Below are positions 9,560-45,699 of a DNA stretch of 64,000 bases, piece by piece. The DNA is from Schmidtea polychroa (taxonomy: Eukaryota). A program made the translations under genes and the position numbers. Below the pieces are notes generated by a model. It did no database searches. It had not been told where the DNA came from and saw only the letters and a program-made list of their open reading frames with translations. The stretch spans positions 2,668,001-2,732,000 of the forward strand of contig CM097885.1 in the NCBI GenBank assembly GCA_044892525.1, in the 5' to 3' direction. Within the stretch, counting starts at the first letter, position 1, and the number at the start of each line of letters is the position of its first letter.

Positions 9560-12500
9560 TCAGTTATGGTTGAAAGCCAACCTATGAATCATTAATTTAT
9601 GATCTTTAAATTCTTTATCACTTAGACCTTTTATATATTCAGGATCAGTATTAAAATATTTAAGTTCTAAACATATAGGATTAAAAACTTGAGAATATAA
9701 AGGTTTCTCGATTTCTCTCTCGGGATAAATAATTTCAACATTATAAATATCAAGATCAGTAATCTTTGTATCATATAACTTATTCAACTTTTCTAGATTT
9801 TTTATTATAGGGATTAAATTATTTCCAATAGGTAGAGTTGTCTTTAAATCACTTAGTATGAATCTCTTATCATCATAATTTGATAATGATACTTTTTGAG
9901 ATTCTATCAAGTGAATATCATGGTTTTCACTTTTAAGTTGATGTATTTCATCAATTTTATCTTTATGATTTGGATTCAATGTATCTATATAATCTTGATG
10001 AGAAAGATTCTTTGCAACCACTCTCTGTATTCCTTTACATCTGTTATCCTTTACAGGTTTTTCTTCTTTAGGAAATATAGGATATCTATGTGTAATGGTT
10101 TCTTCTGTTTCTGGAGTTTTAAATATAAATGATCTAGTTATAAATTCAGGGTTTCTAAATGTTTCGTATGAATATTGTTTAGCACGAATAAATATTCCAT
10201 TTTCTATAGGAGTAAAAGGTTTTTCATCTTTAAACGAAAATAATTCTCCAGATGAATTTATTAAATTTGAAAGTATAGGATTTTCTTTCATATCTTTTTG
10301 TAAATCATGAGTTCTTATTGTTAAAAACATTGAATCTGTATCCATTGCATGCATTGATATATTTGCTCCGTATATAGGTTGTAAGATGTTATAATATGTT
10401 TCATACATTTGTAATTTTGAAAGTTCTAAAATTGTAAACCCTATAAATATTGGTTTGTTATATGTTTTCTCATAATTTTTTAATTCTACTGCAGTAAGAT
10501 TTTCAGAAAATACTTGTGCGTTTTTAAATGTAGGCTTTCCTAGCATGCGATTATAACGCTTAATATCTTTGGTAGTATTTGTTAGGAGTTCAATATGAGT
10601 ATATTTATCAACATTCTCCATTGTTTTCCCAAAGACTGAATTGTTTAAAATTTTATAATTATTATCTTTAAAAAGATTACCTTCTCTTTTTGCAATGTTT
10701 CGGCACCTAATGTTCTCCTCGATAAAAGCTTTCATGAATGGAGCTTGTTTAAATCTTATGACACTATGAACTTTTTTTAATATCATTCCTCGTGAAAGAT
10801 AAAATTGGAGGAGTCTATAGTGACAAAGATAAAACCTTCGATCTGTTTGATCACAAAGAAGTTTCATTGTTGGAGGTTTATCTTGTGAGATTTGCCATTC
10901 AGAAAGTTCGTTGATATCAATCTTTCTTCTTACAGGAGCTAATGGAAAATATCTTGTTCCTGATTTTATATCATCTGGATAGTCGAGGTCGCATTCTATA
11001 AAGTAACCTATTGGAGAATCTTTCGATGTTGAAAGTATTTCTTTCATAAGGTCATCTGTTGGGTTCTCTATTTCAGTGAAATCACCCATTGGTAAAAATT
11101 GAGTCATAATTCCTGAATATAAAGCTGTTGCATCTATATAAAGTATAAATATAGGATTTTTCATTGTTTCTAATAATTCTTTTAATTCCTCATTGTTAAT
11201 TTTCATATATGGATCATCAGGGTGTTTAGATAGTCTTCGGCTAGTAGTTATTGCATTTCTAGCTTTTATTTCTCTATTCCCCCTTACTGAAGAGACTCCT
11301 CCTCTAATGTTTGTTTTAATTTGGTTAAACATATCGAGGTTAGTTAAAAGATCTATAATTTATCACCTTCTTCTATATTTGAAGTCCAAATGGTATATAA
11401 CATAGTATCCCAAGCTAAAGAGGGTGCAGTTATATAATTATAAGGTTTAAGAACAAAAGATTTTGTAAATTCTTCAAAGCAATCTGCTAGAATATAAACA
11501 TCCAAGGATAAATACATACTTGTATATTCTCCTAAAGTTTTACACTTGAATAATTCCCACATTTTATTTGCTCGAGAATATTCTTGATTTGTAATATGAT
11601 TTTTTTGAAGTTGTGAATAGAAATCTTCTTGGCTAGGAAGACTTGTTTCATTATATCTTTCAAACGAGTCAACATAGTCATAAGGATATATTCCTTTTGC
11701 TAAACATGTAGGATATTCTTCTAGAGAAATATTATTTTTTTCCAAGAATTCTCGAGTGATTTTAAAATTTTCTGGTTTCATTGTTTTTGCTACTGCATCT
11801 AAAGACATTTGGAGAAAGTTTAACGAGTCTATAAATTTTAATTTTCCATATTCAATTGATTTATATTTTTCCTTTGTTAAGCCGATAACTTTGAAAGAGT
11901 TTTTAGCATTTGCTGCGAGGTGTTTAATAAATAGATGTATGTCATATCCAAAAAGATTATGAAATATAACAGGTATAAATTTAGGAGTATGGCAATTAAG
12001 ATTGCAATTTTTATGAGCTGCTCCTCGATAATTATTTTCCTTTTTTAAATGATCATGATCTATAACTTTTTCATCAGGAAGAATATTCTGTTTACACATC
12101 CAACAGTTGGAAGTATTTTCATATTCTTGTTGTTGTTGATTAGAAATATTTTGAGGATACTTTGTTTTTAATATTTTAAATATTTCATGTTCTAGATCAT
12201 TTATATTTTTAGTAAAATGATTCAAGACTTCTTCAGGGGTACCTCCTAGAATTGAATATTCTCTAGATTCTATGAGTTCAGGATAATTACTTTTAAATAA
12301 TAATTTATAAGCAGATGGTAATTGTTTAGTTTTTTTAACACTATTAGGTTTATTTCTTTTTCTTAGAAAGGCTTTCATCCTCTCTGGTTTCATCTTCTCT
12401 CCTGAGGAGTTCCATAAATCCATGAGTTTATTTTTTTCTATTATTTTTAAATATTGATAAACCAAATCTTGTTTATGGTTTATAGATTCAAAGTCACCAT

Positions 12501-13878
12501 AAAGAACTCCAACTGTTTGTAGTAAATTTGAAAAGTTTTTAAAATACATCTTGGGATTATTAGGCATTTTAATTAAAGCTGGATCATCTTTTTCACAAAA
12601 TCTTGTATGTTTAATCATAGAGTTTTTAGTTGTTGAATAATGAAGACATCTTTTACATGTTCCTCCTCCACTAGTTAGATTCTCTGGAGATGTAAAAGCT
12701 TGAAAGTTTTTTATTAAAACATAATGTTGATTATTTTCTTGTTCCAAGATTAAAAGATATATCTCGTTGTCCTGTGCTCCGTTATCCTTGGTTCCACTAT
12801 CTGAAATATAAATTGGAATAATTTCTTTCCCTATAACATGTTCATAAATATTAAGTTTAAGATTATTTAATTTTTCAAATTCTGGAATGTCTTCTAGTTT
12901 CATTGGGTGTTTGAATCCTTTGGGAAATATTAATTCATTTTCATATTGTTTGTATTTTGAAACTCTTTCGGGATTTGTTGCTTGAGGATGTAAATGTGCA
13001 AGTATTGACCAGATGAAACATTTGTTATCATTATTCTGTACATTTATAACATTTTTAGATTTAAAGGGTGTAGGAATATAAGATTTAGGATTGGGTGGTA
13101 ATCCTCTCCAATAATCAATCACTAAAGTTTGGAAAGAGTTGAATACTAAGTTTGAATCTCCTAATTCATTTTCTACTTCCTCTTGTTTTGCTTCTGCTGC
13201 TTTAATTATTTCTTTGATGGTTTTATCAAATCCTTTAATTGAAAATAAATATTTAAAAGGTATTCCAATTTCAACATCTAAGGGTGTTGTCTTTTCTTCT
13301 GCTCCTCTCCAGTATTTTGCTTTGATTATAATTTTATATTTTATAACATTATACCTTGTCGGTTTATAATTTTTTAAAGCTTCAGTGAAAGAATTTTTAA
13401 TATTTTTTTTATTTTTATTTATATATTCTCCAGGAGTTGCAGGCCCATTAATTTTTAATTGAAATTCATCTATATGATTAAAATTATCCCAGTTATATTT
13501 TTCTCTTTCAACATGATCAGGTTCTCCTTCTGAATGACATTCCTCATCGTCAGAATTTTGTTTTTTATTTTTACATTCTTTTATATGTTCTAAATAATAG
13601 AAATTTAGTTTTGTTGAAAAGTTACAATGAGGACATGTAAATATTTCTCTATTTTTCTCGATACAATTTTCAAAATGTTTATTATATCCAGAATGTAGAA
13701 ATCTTCCTTTACATTTAAGACAAAGTTTTGAATTTGTATCATTAAGATTATTTTCTTTTAATAAATGAGCTTTCGATTTTAAGTGAGAAATTAATCCAGT
13801 TTTATTTTTAAAAACTTTATTGCAAATATTACAATTCATTTTTAGAAATAAATTTTTTATTGGATACCCTGTTTTCAT
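9560..13878 (-). CDS. pPolB-B: second, divergent Polinton/Maverick-type protein-primed DNA polymerase with N-terminal zinc fingers; one -1 frameshift as assembled
   Basis: CNICNKVF..HLKSKAH finger; SYIPTP..INVQNNDNKCFIWSILA; YGDFES; CWMC..IDHDH..YRGAAHKNCN; FHNLFGYD; YLSLDVYILAD. ORF 9560-11332 then gives IRGG, YIDATALYS, KILNNSVFGK, MDTDS, KQY, CKGI. One extra base near 11359-11361 would fuse the two ORFs (…DKIIDLLTNLDMFNQ). Confidence 0.92.
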
Positions 13879-13944
13879 TTTATTTTTTAAGATTTATATT
13901 ATTCATTTTTTATAATAAAAATTTAAAAAATGACAAAAATTCAA

Positions 13945-14026
13945 ACCTTGATGGCGCAGTGGGCTAGACTGACACAGTGGTTCAAAATGCTAGCGGTTCA
14001 AATCACATCTGAGGTTAGTTTTTTTT
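13945..14026 (+). ncRNA. Putative RNA polymerase III (type 2 promoter) small RNA, tRNA-like but not a canonical cloverleaf
   Basis: A box TGGCGCAGTGG at 13952-13962, B box GGTTCAAATC at 13995-14004, T8 terminator at 14019-14026. The ends can pair (aaccttgatg / catctgaggtt). Confidence 0.5.
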
Positions 14027-14198
14027 CAACATAAAATAATATTAAAAATTTGAAAATAATATTGAAAATAGTGTGGGTATCTTATATTTATAAAGTACTT
14101 GTATATTTTATTTTATTTATTTTATTTTATTTTATTTTTTTATTAATTAATTATTTTTTAAACATAAATATGAAAAAAAAAATATTGAAACGGGTGAT

Positions 14199-14562
14199 GG
14201 TGGCGAACCGGTAATTATCGCCACCTGTCTTTCGAACACCCCCGGATCGATCCCGGTAATGTGCACATTTATTTCTCAGTTGTTTTCGGACCTCTTTCGA
14301 ATTCGCTTTCGAATTCATTTGTACTTTCGAGCAGCACACTTAAAACGCCGATGAAATCGTATTCGAGCGAGAAGCGAATAATAAGGCGTGCTGCTATTAT
14401 CGGATTGATTCTGATGTATGAGTCTGGCCAGCTTGTATATTGGAAGAGATTCGATAAACGAAAGAGGTTGATAAATAAAAAAAATGATCCGGATCAAAAA
14501 AAAACTGTTGAGGGGACAGTGAAAAAAAAAAAAAAATACCACTGTCCCCTCAGAGCAGTTTT
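14199..14562. other. Densely base-paired non-coding region upstream of pPolB-B
   Basis: Stems at 14199-206/14218-225, 14242-48/14486-92, 14290-99/14459-68 and 14330-37/14388-95, plus a perfect 13-bp stem at 14509-21/14540-52. Confidence 0.65.
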
Positions 14563-16043
14563 ACTATTTTTCATTTATTTTTTAATTTATATAATTTAAA
14601 ATCAATAACTTCCTCTAACTTTTTCATAATGCCATTTTCTTTTCTATTCTCTTTTTAGTTTGAAGCTTTTGAGTTTGAGGCTTTAAAGATTAAAACAGTT
14701 AGAGTCATTAAGGGTGGTTGTTTTCAAAATATAGGGTTAAAATACTATAAAAGTATAAGTTTTAGGTTGTTTTTCTAATAGCTTAAGTGATTTGGAGGCA
14801 TGTTTTTGTTGGGGGGCTGTTTTGGTTGGGTATATAACCACACTACTATCAACACCTAGCGGAGAATCGGTCAAACGTGAACTTTGGTTGTCATTTATTG
14901 TTGAGAGAAATATAATTTTGTGATTCAAATATATTTTGGGTATTTTATTGTTTTGATTAAAAGAACACGGGGAGTCAGAGGTTACCGACTTAAATTAACT
15001 AAAACCCAACAACTCTATATGACATGGGACTTCCGAACTCATGCCTCTGAGAGTACACATATTTCGTATTACATTAATATAAATACCGGAACATTGGCTA
15101 AACTTTATTCCGAATTCATTGCAGTAATCGAGATGGAAATCGTCACTTCTTCTTAGTGTATTTCCTCACTACTTAGTAGAGTATCTTTCTTATCATCTGC
15201 AATTGTCTTATGAGCGCAGAGTTTTCCCATAAAAAATACTAAATATGCAAAATTATTCATGAGGATACAGGAATAATAAAATAAAACAATTATTAAATGA
15301 GTAAAATGATTAAGGGAAACAAGTGTAATGCCAGACCTCCAAAAAGCAATAAGGAAAGTGAAATGGAAAAATAATAACAAAGAATCAATTAATAAAAATA
15401 ATAGTGGTTATTAATAAGTTAGTGCAAGTTGAAAATAGAAGTTTAAAAATAAAAATAAAACGCAAAAGGAATTCGCTCATCTTGACAAGTTGTTTGAGCT
15501 AATGAAATGGTATAAAACCCAAAAATTTATCGATTAACGAACAAAATTTTATCAAGTTTTATTCAATGTCCAAACCATAAAGCCAAATCAATTATTATAA
15601 TGAAAAAATCGACATATGACAAACAAAATTGTTAAAAAGGTAACGAATTGCAAATTTTTCGATTAAATTTCCAATAATTTCAATTTTATTTGAATATAAT
15701 TTAACCAATAATTAAAAGAAATACAAAAGTTTTGTTAATAAAAGATATATTCCCAATACTTCAAACTTCCCAGCAAATGACAGTTATTTTGCAACATTGT
15801 AATAGCTGTTACAAATTATTTTTACAAAAACTTTTATAATTTATTAGAAATTTCTATTTGTTTAGGTGAATGAATAAAATCATTTTTAATATGTAGCTAA
15901 ATGAATTTCAAAATTATTTATTAAATTTCTGATGTTAATTATATTTTAATTTTCTGTTTATTTTATAATAATTTACTTTTGGAATTATTGATTGAATAAA
16001 ATATTCTTTTTTCAGTAAAAATTTCTATTTTTGATATCATTAA

Positions 16044-31892
<15,849 letters not shown>

Positions 31893-32123
31893 TTGGTCGC
31901 CAACCCCCCCCCCCCCAACCCTTCCATCCATCTCATCCTCTCCAATCTACTCGGCTCTCCTTCAATTGGGGAACGATTGTAATTATTGTAACTCGAGATG
32001 TCAACTATTTCTTGTTTTGCATTTTCCTTACTTATTTACTATTATTTCTGACTCGCCGTTTTCCATGAACATCTTGAGCTGTTATTATTCAATTGATTTT
32101 CTTTTTTACTTTATTTTCTTTTA

Positions 32124-32203
<80 letters not shown>

Positions 32204-32260
32204 TATTATTATTATTTATCAATATTTATATTTATTATTTATTATTATTTCTTATTAATA

Positions 32261-32338
<78 letters not shown>

Positions 32339-32371
32339 ATTATTATTATTATTTATTAATATTTATTATTA

Positions 32372-32404
<33 letters not shown>

Positions 32405-32455
32405 TATTAATATTTATATTTATTATTATTATTTTTATTATTATTATTATTATTT

Positions 32456-32508
<53 letters not shown>

Positions 32509-32544
32509 ATTATTATTATTATTATTATTATTTATTAATATTTA

Positions 32545-32580
<36 letters not shown>

Positions 32581-32617
32581 TATTAATATTTATATTTATT
32601 ATTATTTATTATTATTA

Positions 32618-32670
<53 letters not shown>

Positions 32671-32784
32671 TGTATTATTATTAATATTATTATTAATATT
32701 ATTTATTATTATTATTTATTATTATTATTTATTATTATTATTATTATTATAATTATTAATATTATTATTATTTATTAATATTTA

Positions 32785-32832
<48 letters not shown>

Positions 32833-32888
32833 TATTAATATTTATATTTATTATTATTTCTTATTAATATTATTTCTTATTATTATTA

Positions 32889-32924
<36 letters not shown>

Positions 32925-32933
32925 TTTATTATA

Positions 32934-33008
<75 letters not shown>

Positions 33009-33041
33009 ATTATTATTATTATTATTATTTATTAATATTTA

Positions 33042-33086
<45 letters not shown>

Positions 33087-34068
33087 TATTATTATTATTA
33101 TTATAATATTATAGAGAATAAATAGGATGAATATCAGTTAAGATATGGTCATTTGTAGGAATATAGAGATTTTATCGGATGAATAAATTTAATCTTTCAA
33201 TGGATCTTATCAAATAAAAGTTAATTATACAGTAATATAAAATCTTACAGAAATTTTATTTTAAATTTTGAGGAGAGTTATTTGCTGGTTTTATCAATAA
33301 ATTTATCAATATTTAGATAATAGGAAAGTAGATTACAGTTAAAAAGGGTAGAATTTTAGTCATTTATAGGGATTTTAAGGAATCTTATTAATCGGATATT
33401 TAGAGAGAAAATATATGATCTTTTACAGGTATTTATCGATATAATACCTATCTTTAAATATGTATATATATTTCGGGTAAATTGATGCTTTTTAGATGAT
33501 TTTAGTGGAGAATTCGCTTGGATATAACAAATGGTAGAACATCGTCATTTAATTGATTTAATTGGTTTATTTGATGATAATCAATTAGTTGGCTATGGAA
33601 TTTGATGATAATTATTTAGATATTTTTAGTGTAGATTCACGACTTTGATAATTTGTATATGAATTTGTACTGAATTTTCTGAATAATTTGAGCAATCAGT
33701 CAATCAATTTGAGTATACATGCGATAAATTACTTTAAAAAATTCATTAAGATTAATTTATTTCAATTAATTTATTTAATCTAAATAAACAAATATTTATT
33801 AGATTTTATTAGGAAATTTTTATTCACTTGAAGGAGGATCTTAGATGATTCATATTTAAATCCTGGGACCTTAAATTACTATTGAAATTTTAAGGAGGAT
33901 CAGATTTTTTGTACAAAAATATTTCTAGGAACATATAATACCATGGCTCTTTTACCGAGGATCATATTTTGTATTAAAAATCCTTGGGATCAAGGAGACC
34001 CCTTCACTAAATTCTTCGTGTTAACGGAGCCGAAAAGTTGAAATGGCGACTAGAAGGAAAATGTTGTT

Positions 34069-35930
34069 TAAAGGGTAGTAAGAAAGAGTTGCTGATATGA
34101 ATCATGTACGGACTTTCGAAAACCACCACACGACGATTTCCAAACGAAAGAGCATCCATGTCAATGATCATGTTGATAATGTGCGAAGACAGCGAAAACT
34201 ACAGAGCAGGTGAGCTCCAGTGTTAGGACTAGTCCCTGTATACTTTCTCACAATATTTCTGAATTTCGTCCAGCAAATTTAAATCGACATCATTCGTAGT
34301 CACACATCGCTTTGCAATGACTTCAGTGTGATCTTCTGTCTTAAATTTTATTTCTATTTTGAAATTGTCTTCTGGATCGAAACTGATTTTGACATCCATC
34401 ATATATTCTTCTGTTGGGTTATTACTGTTAAAGTCGCTATTGAATCTAACTCCTCATGTTCTTTGTCTCAGTTATCAAGATAAAATCCGACAAAAAACTT
34501 CATTAAATATTATCAAATTTTGATACAAAGTTCTCAATTGCACACTCTTTATTAAAAATTGAAAGCAAGTGACTTTAAAGTAGACCGCTTTATTCAGATT
34601 TGGCAATGATTTCTATCTTAAAATATGAATTGCCTAAGTTTCTTGCTCTTTAATCACGATATAGTAGTTTTCTCTCCTCGACCAACTGGCATTTGCCAAA
34701 CATTGTCGTTTACTTTTTTATTACGACTCATCCTGCTTACTCGTATAATTAAATTAGCATCGACCAAAAACAAAATATTTGAATGGGTATCATCTTGCCT
34801 TTGTTTACGAATCTCGTTTTGCTTATTTAAAATTAATAATTTTGAAAGTAGGCCTAATTATATTATCAAATTGTTTATGTGTCGGTTTTTTACATAAATC
34901 CGGCATCCCACATTAATTTTATTCATTTATTTTTAATTAATTTATATTCATTGAATATCTTTTTCTGGAGAACCTTCGTCGATTTTTTATCAGTATATCT
35001 GTGTACGTCTCAGCGTTTGCTATCCATACATACTAACTTCCTTCCACATACGTCATTTTAAGATTTTCAAACTTTTAATTTATTTTCGATTTTTATAGGC
35101 TTTCACATTTTATTGATTTTTACATTTAATGTTTTTGTTGGATTTAAATAATTTTTTGTCAGTAATCTCAGACTCCTAATGTCCCTTTAATTGAAAATCA
35201 CAAATAACAAACTACTTAACGTATATTTGTTTTATTACAATTTTTTACAACGCATCGGATAAGCAAACAAAATTATTTCTTAATTACTTTATCAAGCTCC
35301 TCTGCGGGATATCTGGACTATGTACGATTCACAGCAATAGATCTCACCTGCTCATGGATTTTCAACCACTGTATACAGCAACAACATGGTTATTACCATG
35401 GGTATACAAATGGTATAAAGTACAAAAGTAATGAAGGCGTTTTAGGAAGGAGCCAATTCAAAATTTATAAATTCCCTAACACATTAAAAAAATTACACGC
35501 CCCTAAGCGCCAACACCATCATAATTTCCTTTATCATCAATTCTGTGCATGACACAACTTTATTTGTCTTTTTCATTCGAGCTACATTTTATTTAAATTT
35601 ATTTAAATTTACTGACCTCCACATTTCCAATTTCCAACTTTTTTGAGTTCTATATATACGAACCCTAACACTTCAGTAGACATTTATTTCTAGCTTAGTT
35701 GAGCTTCCCGACATATATACTTACCCCAGAACCCAACCGAAGGTTCCGAGTGTTCATCCAAGCTGTATAGTGTTAACGTCAATTTAAAAATTTTGTGAGC
35801 TTGCTTTTTGATGACTGTTGTTACTGTTTTTAAACAAAGATTTCGTTTATGAAACTAAAGCTTTGTTTTATTAATTAAATCTCCTTTATTTTTACTACTG
35901 ACCTTCTTTCTTTACAATGTCTTAGATCTT
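34069..35930 (-). CDS. Probable unidentified gene(s) with short introns, divergent from the apyrase
   Basis: Exon-like frames with splice signals, e.g. …MMDVKISFDPEDNFKIEIKFKTED…QKYCEK | 45-bp GT-AG intron | FSLSSHIINMIIDMDALFVWK…TTL*, and …KIFKLTLTLYSLDEHSEPSVGFW|gtaagt. I could not assemble a full model and recognise no family. Confidence 0.35.
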
Positions 35931-36399
35931 CATTTGTTTTCAATAATATATTAATATTTTTATTCATTTAGAAATTAAAAAAACCTTTTTCCATAACTCA
36001 TGGAAAATCACCTGAGTTATCGACCTAGATAAAAATTATTGACGATAAAGAAAATTGAATCTTTTTATTATAAAAAATTCCTTTAAGTCATAAATCTTTA
36101 TCATTTCTCGAATCTTATAAAATTATTCATAAAAATAATTAAATTGGCTTTTGTTTAAACCAGATAAATGTGCTATTAAATTGCCACTTTTTAATATTAT
36201 AATTTTTTGAAATAACTTTTCAGTTGCATCTGTTTAGGAGTTAAAGATTAGTTTTAAAGCCTAATTTTGGAAATAAATTTACTAGAATATCCATGTGTAG
36301 CATAATAATTATTTAAAGTAATTGTATCAACGTTGACTATTTCAAATTTTTAATTATTTTAAATTCACACCAATTTATTTATCTTAAGTTTTCATTTTT

Positions 36400-44032
<7,633 letters not shown>

Positions 44033-45699
44033 TTCTGATGATTTAGTTCGCTGTCACATCCATTATCAAGTCTTTCTGTGAGTTTCCATTGCTGATCTTT
44101 GATATCTGGTTCTGAATAAATATATCAGTTGTTGTTTTTATTCCCGTTGGGCCAGAGCGTCCATCGGATGCGATCCATTCATACTTGCTCTATTATTGAC
44201 TCAATTGATAGGATATATAAATTATTATTATCATCATCACTATTTAACATAACTATAGACAAGGTTGAGCTCCTTGTGATCTCTTTCCCTATTAGTTCCC
44301 TATCAGTGTTAGGTACAAATTCATATTCTGCATTTTATATGCGGTGATATTCGGATATAGTGAAAGGATTTTTGTCAGATATTTTCTATTATAACCAGAT
44401 TTGTTAATATCCGGATTCAATAATAGAGATCAAATGGCACTTAGTGTGACAACATTATGTTGCCAGCTACTAGAAAGGATATCGGTTATATCAAACCGTG
44501 CTGAAGAGATATTACAAAGAAATCAAAGCTGGTCTTAAATTGTACTAACCTCCAAATATAAATGATAGCAAAAGATTAGGGAATTTACTTTGGAAAAGAC
44601 TTGGTAAAAGTGACGATTTTATTTGAATGCGATTTTGCTAGATATGAAATTCCCAATTGATAATTCTGATAATTTCCAATAACTGTAGATTCCAATTGAG
44701 GTTTACAGATCAATAAGTTTCCTCGAATGATTGATTATTAGGATTCTCACAATAGATTTCCACAAAAAAGCTAAATCAGTTTCGATTTTTACAGCTATAA
44801 TTTCTGTGTCGGCATTTATAGTTAAGTTATTTCTCAATTGGGCAATTATATTCGTTTTCTATATTGTACAGTTGTACCTCTCTCTGTCTAACATCTTTAC
44901 CATCGTTTCTCGACAGATTATTCCATATCATATACTAAGTTTGACTAGATTACATAAAATATTTTTGCTTAAATTAGACTTACCTAAAAATAGTATTATT
45001 TAATTACTATAAATGCTTGTTGTTTATTATTAATTAGTATAAATATACATATTTATATTTTCTATTATTAGTAATATTAAAATACTCTATTTATAAATAT
45101 ACTAGGAAATAGAGATTTTATCGTTATCTGAGTTTTGCTACCTACTCTCGCATCCTACAATCAAAACTATAGGAGTTTCAGAATGTGATAGGTATTTTCA
45201 GTGTAAATACCATAACCAACGACTCTTTATACAAAGTTGCGGCTCTTTATTTCCATACAAAAAAGTTAATAAGTTATAGTTAAAAACCTGAAAAAATAAG
45301 AAAATATTATCTCAATAGCTTAATTTTCACAATCATTAATTGCAAATCGTTATGAATAACATGACCATAATGAGATAAATTTGAACTATTGTTTTGTTCT
45401 TTGAGATGAGGCTTCGTGAACATGTTTATCTTTCAGCCAAATGCATTCTATTTCCGTCTCACCCAAAGTTCCACTGTCTAGAGTTTAGACAATATGTACA
45501 GACTCTAGTCAGTCAGTCATCCTTGGATAGTGAGTTCGACGGAAATTTGCACGTGTGTGATTTTAATCACTTGTGATTTTTGCGTGTCTATTGGCTTCTT
45601 GTTTCAAGAAGAATATGATTATGAAAAATATGGAAAATCAATTGTTTGATGTTTTATATAGCTATAATTTTAAAAAATAATTTTTCTGACACCCGAACA

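Noticed and set aside
13945..14016. Canonical tRNA gene
   Set aside because: The T-arm stem does not pair and there is no proper anticodon arm; kept only as a Pol III-like unit.
14330..14430. U2 snRNA-like TCGCTTCTCG on the minus strand and a hammerhead-like CTGATG
   Set aside because: The U2 branch-pairing sequence GTGTAGTA and a complete CUGANGA…GAAA core are absent.
14900..15380. Possible small minus-strand gene between the element and LAP
   Set aside because: Some exon-like pieces, but I could not build a consistent spliced frame or recognise a product.
44498..44540. Hammerhead-like ctgaagag…aaagct (also ctgacgag…aaacgtt at ~56184)
   Set aside because: The GAAA core is missing or stem II is absent; at best decayed.
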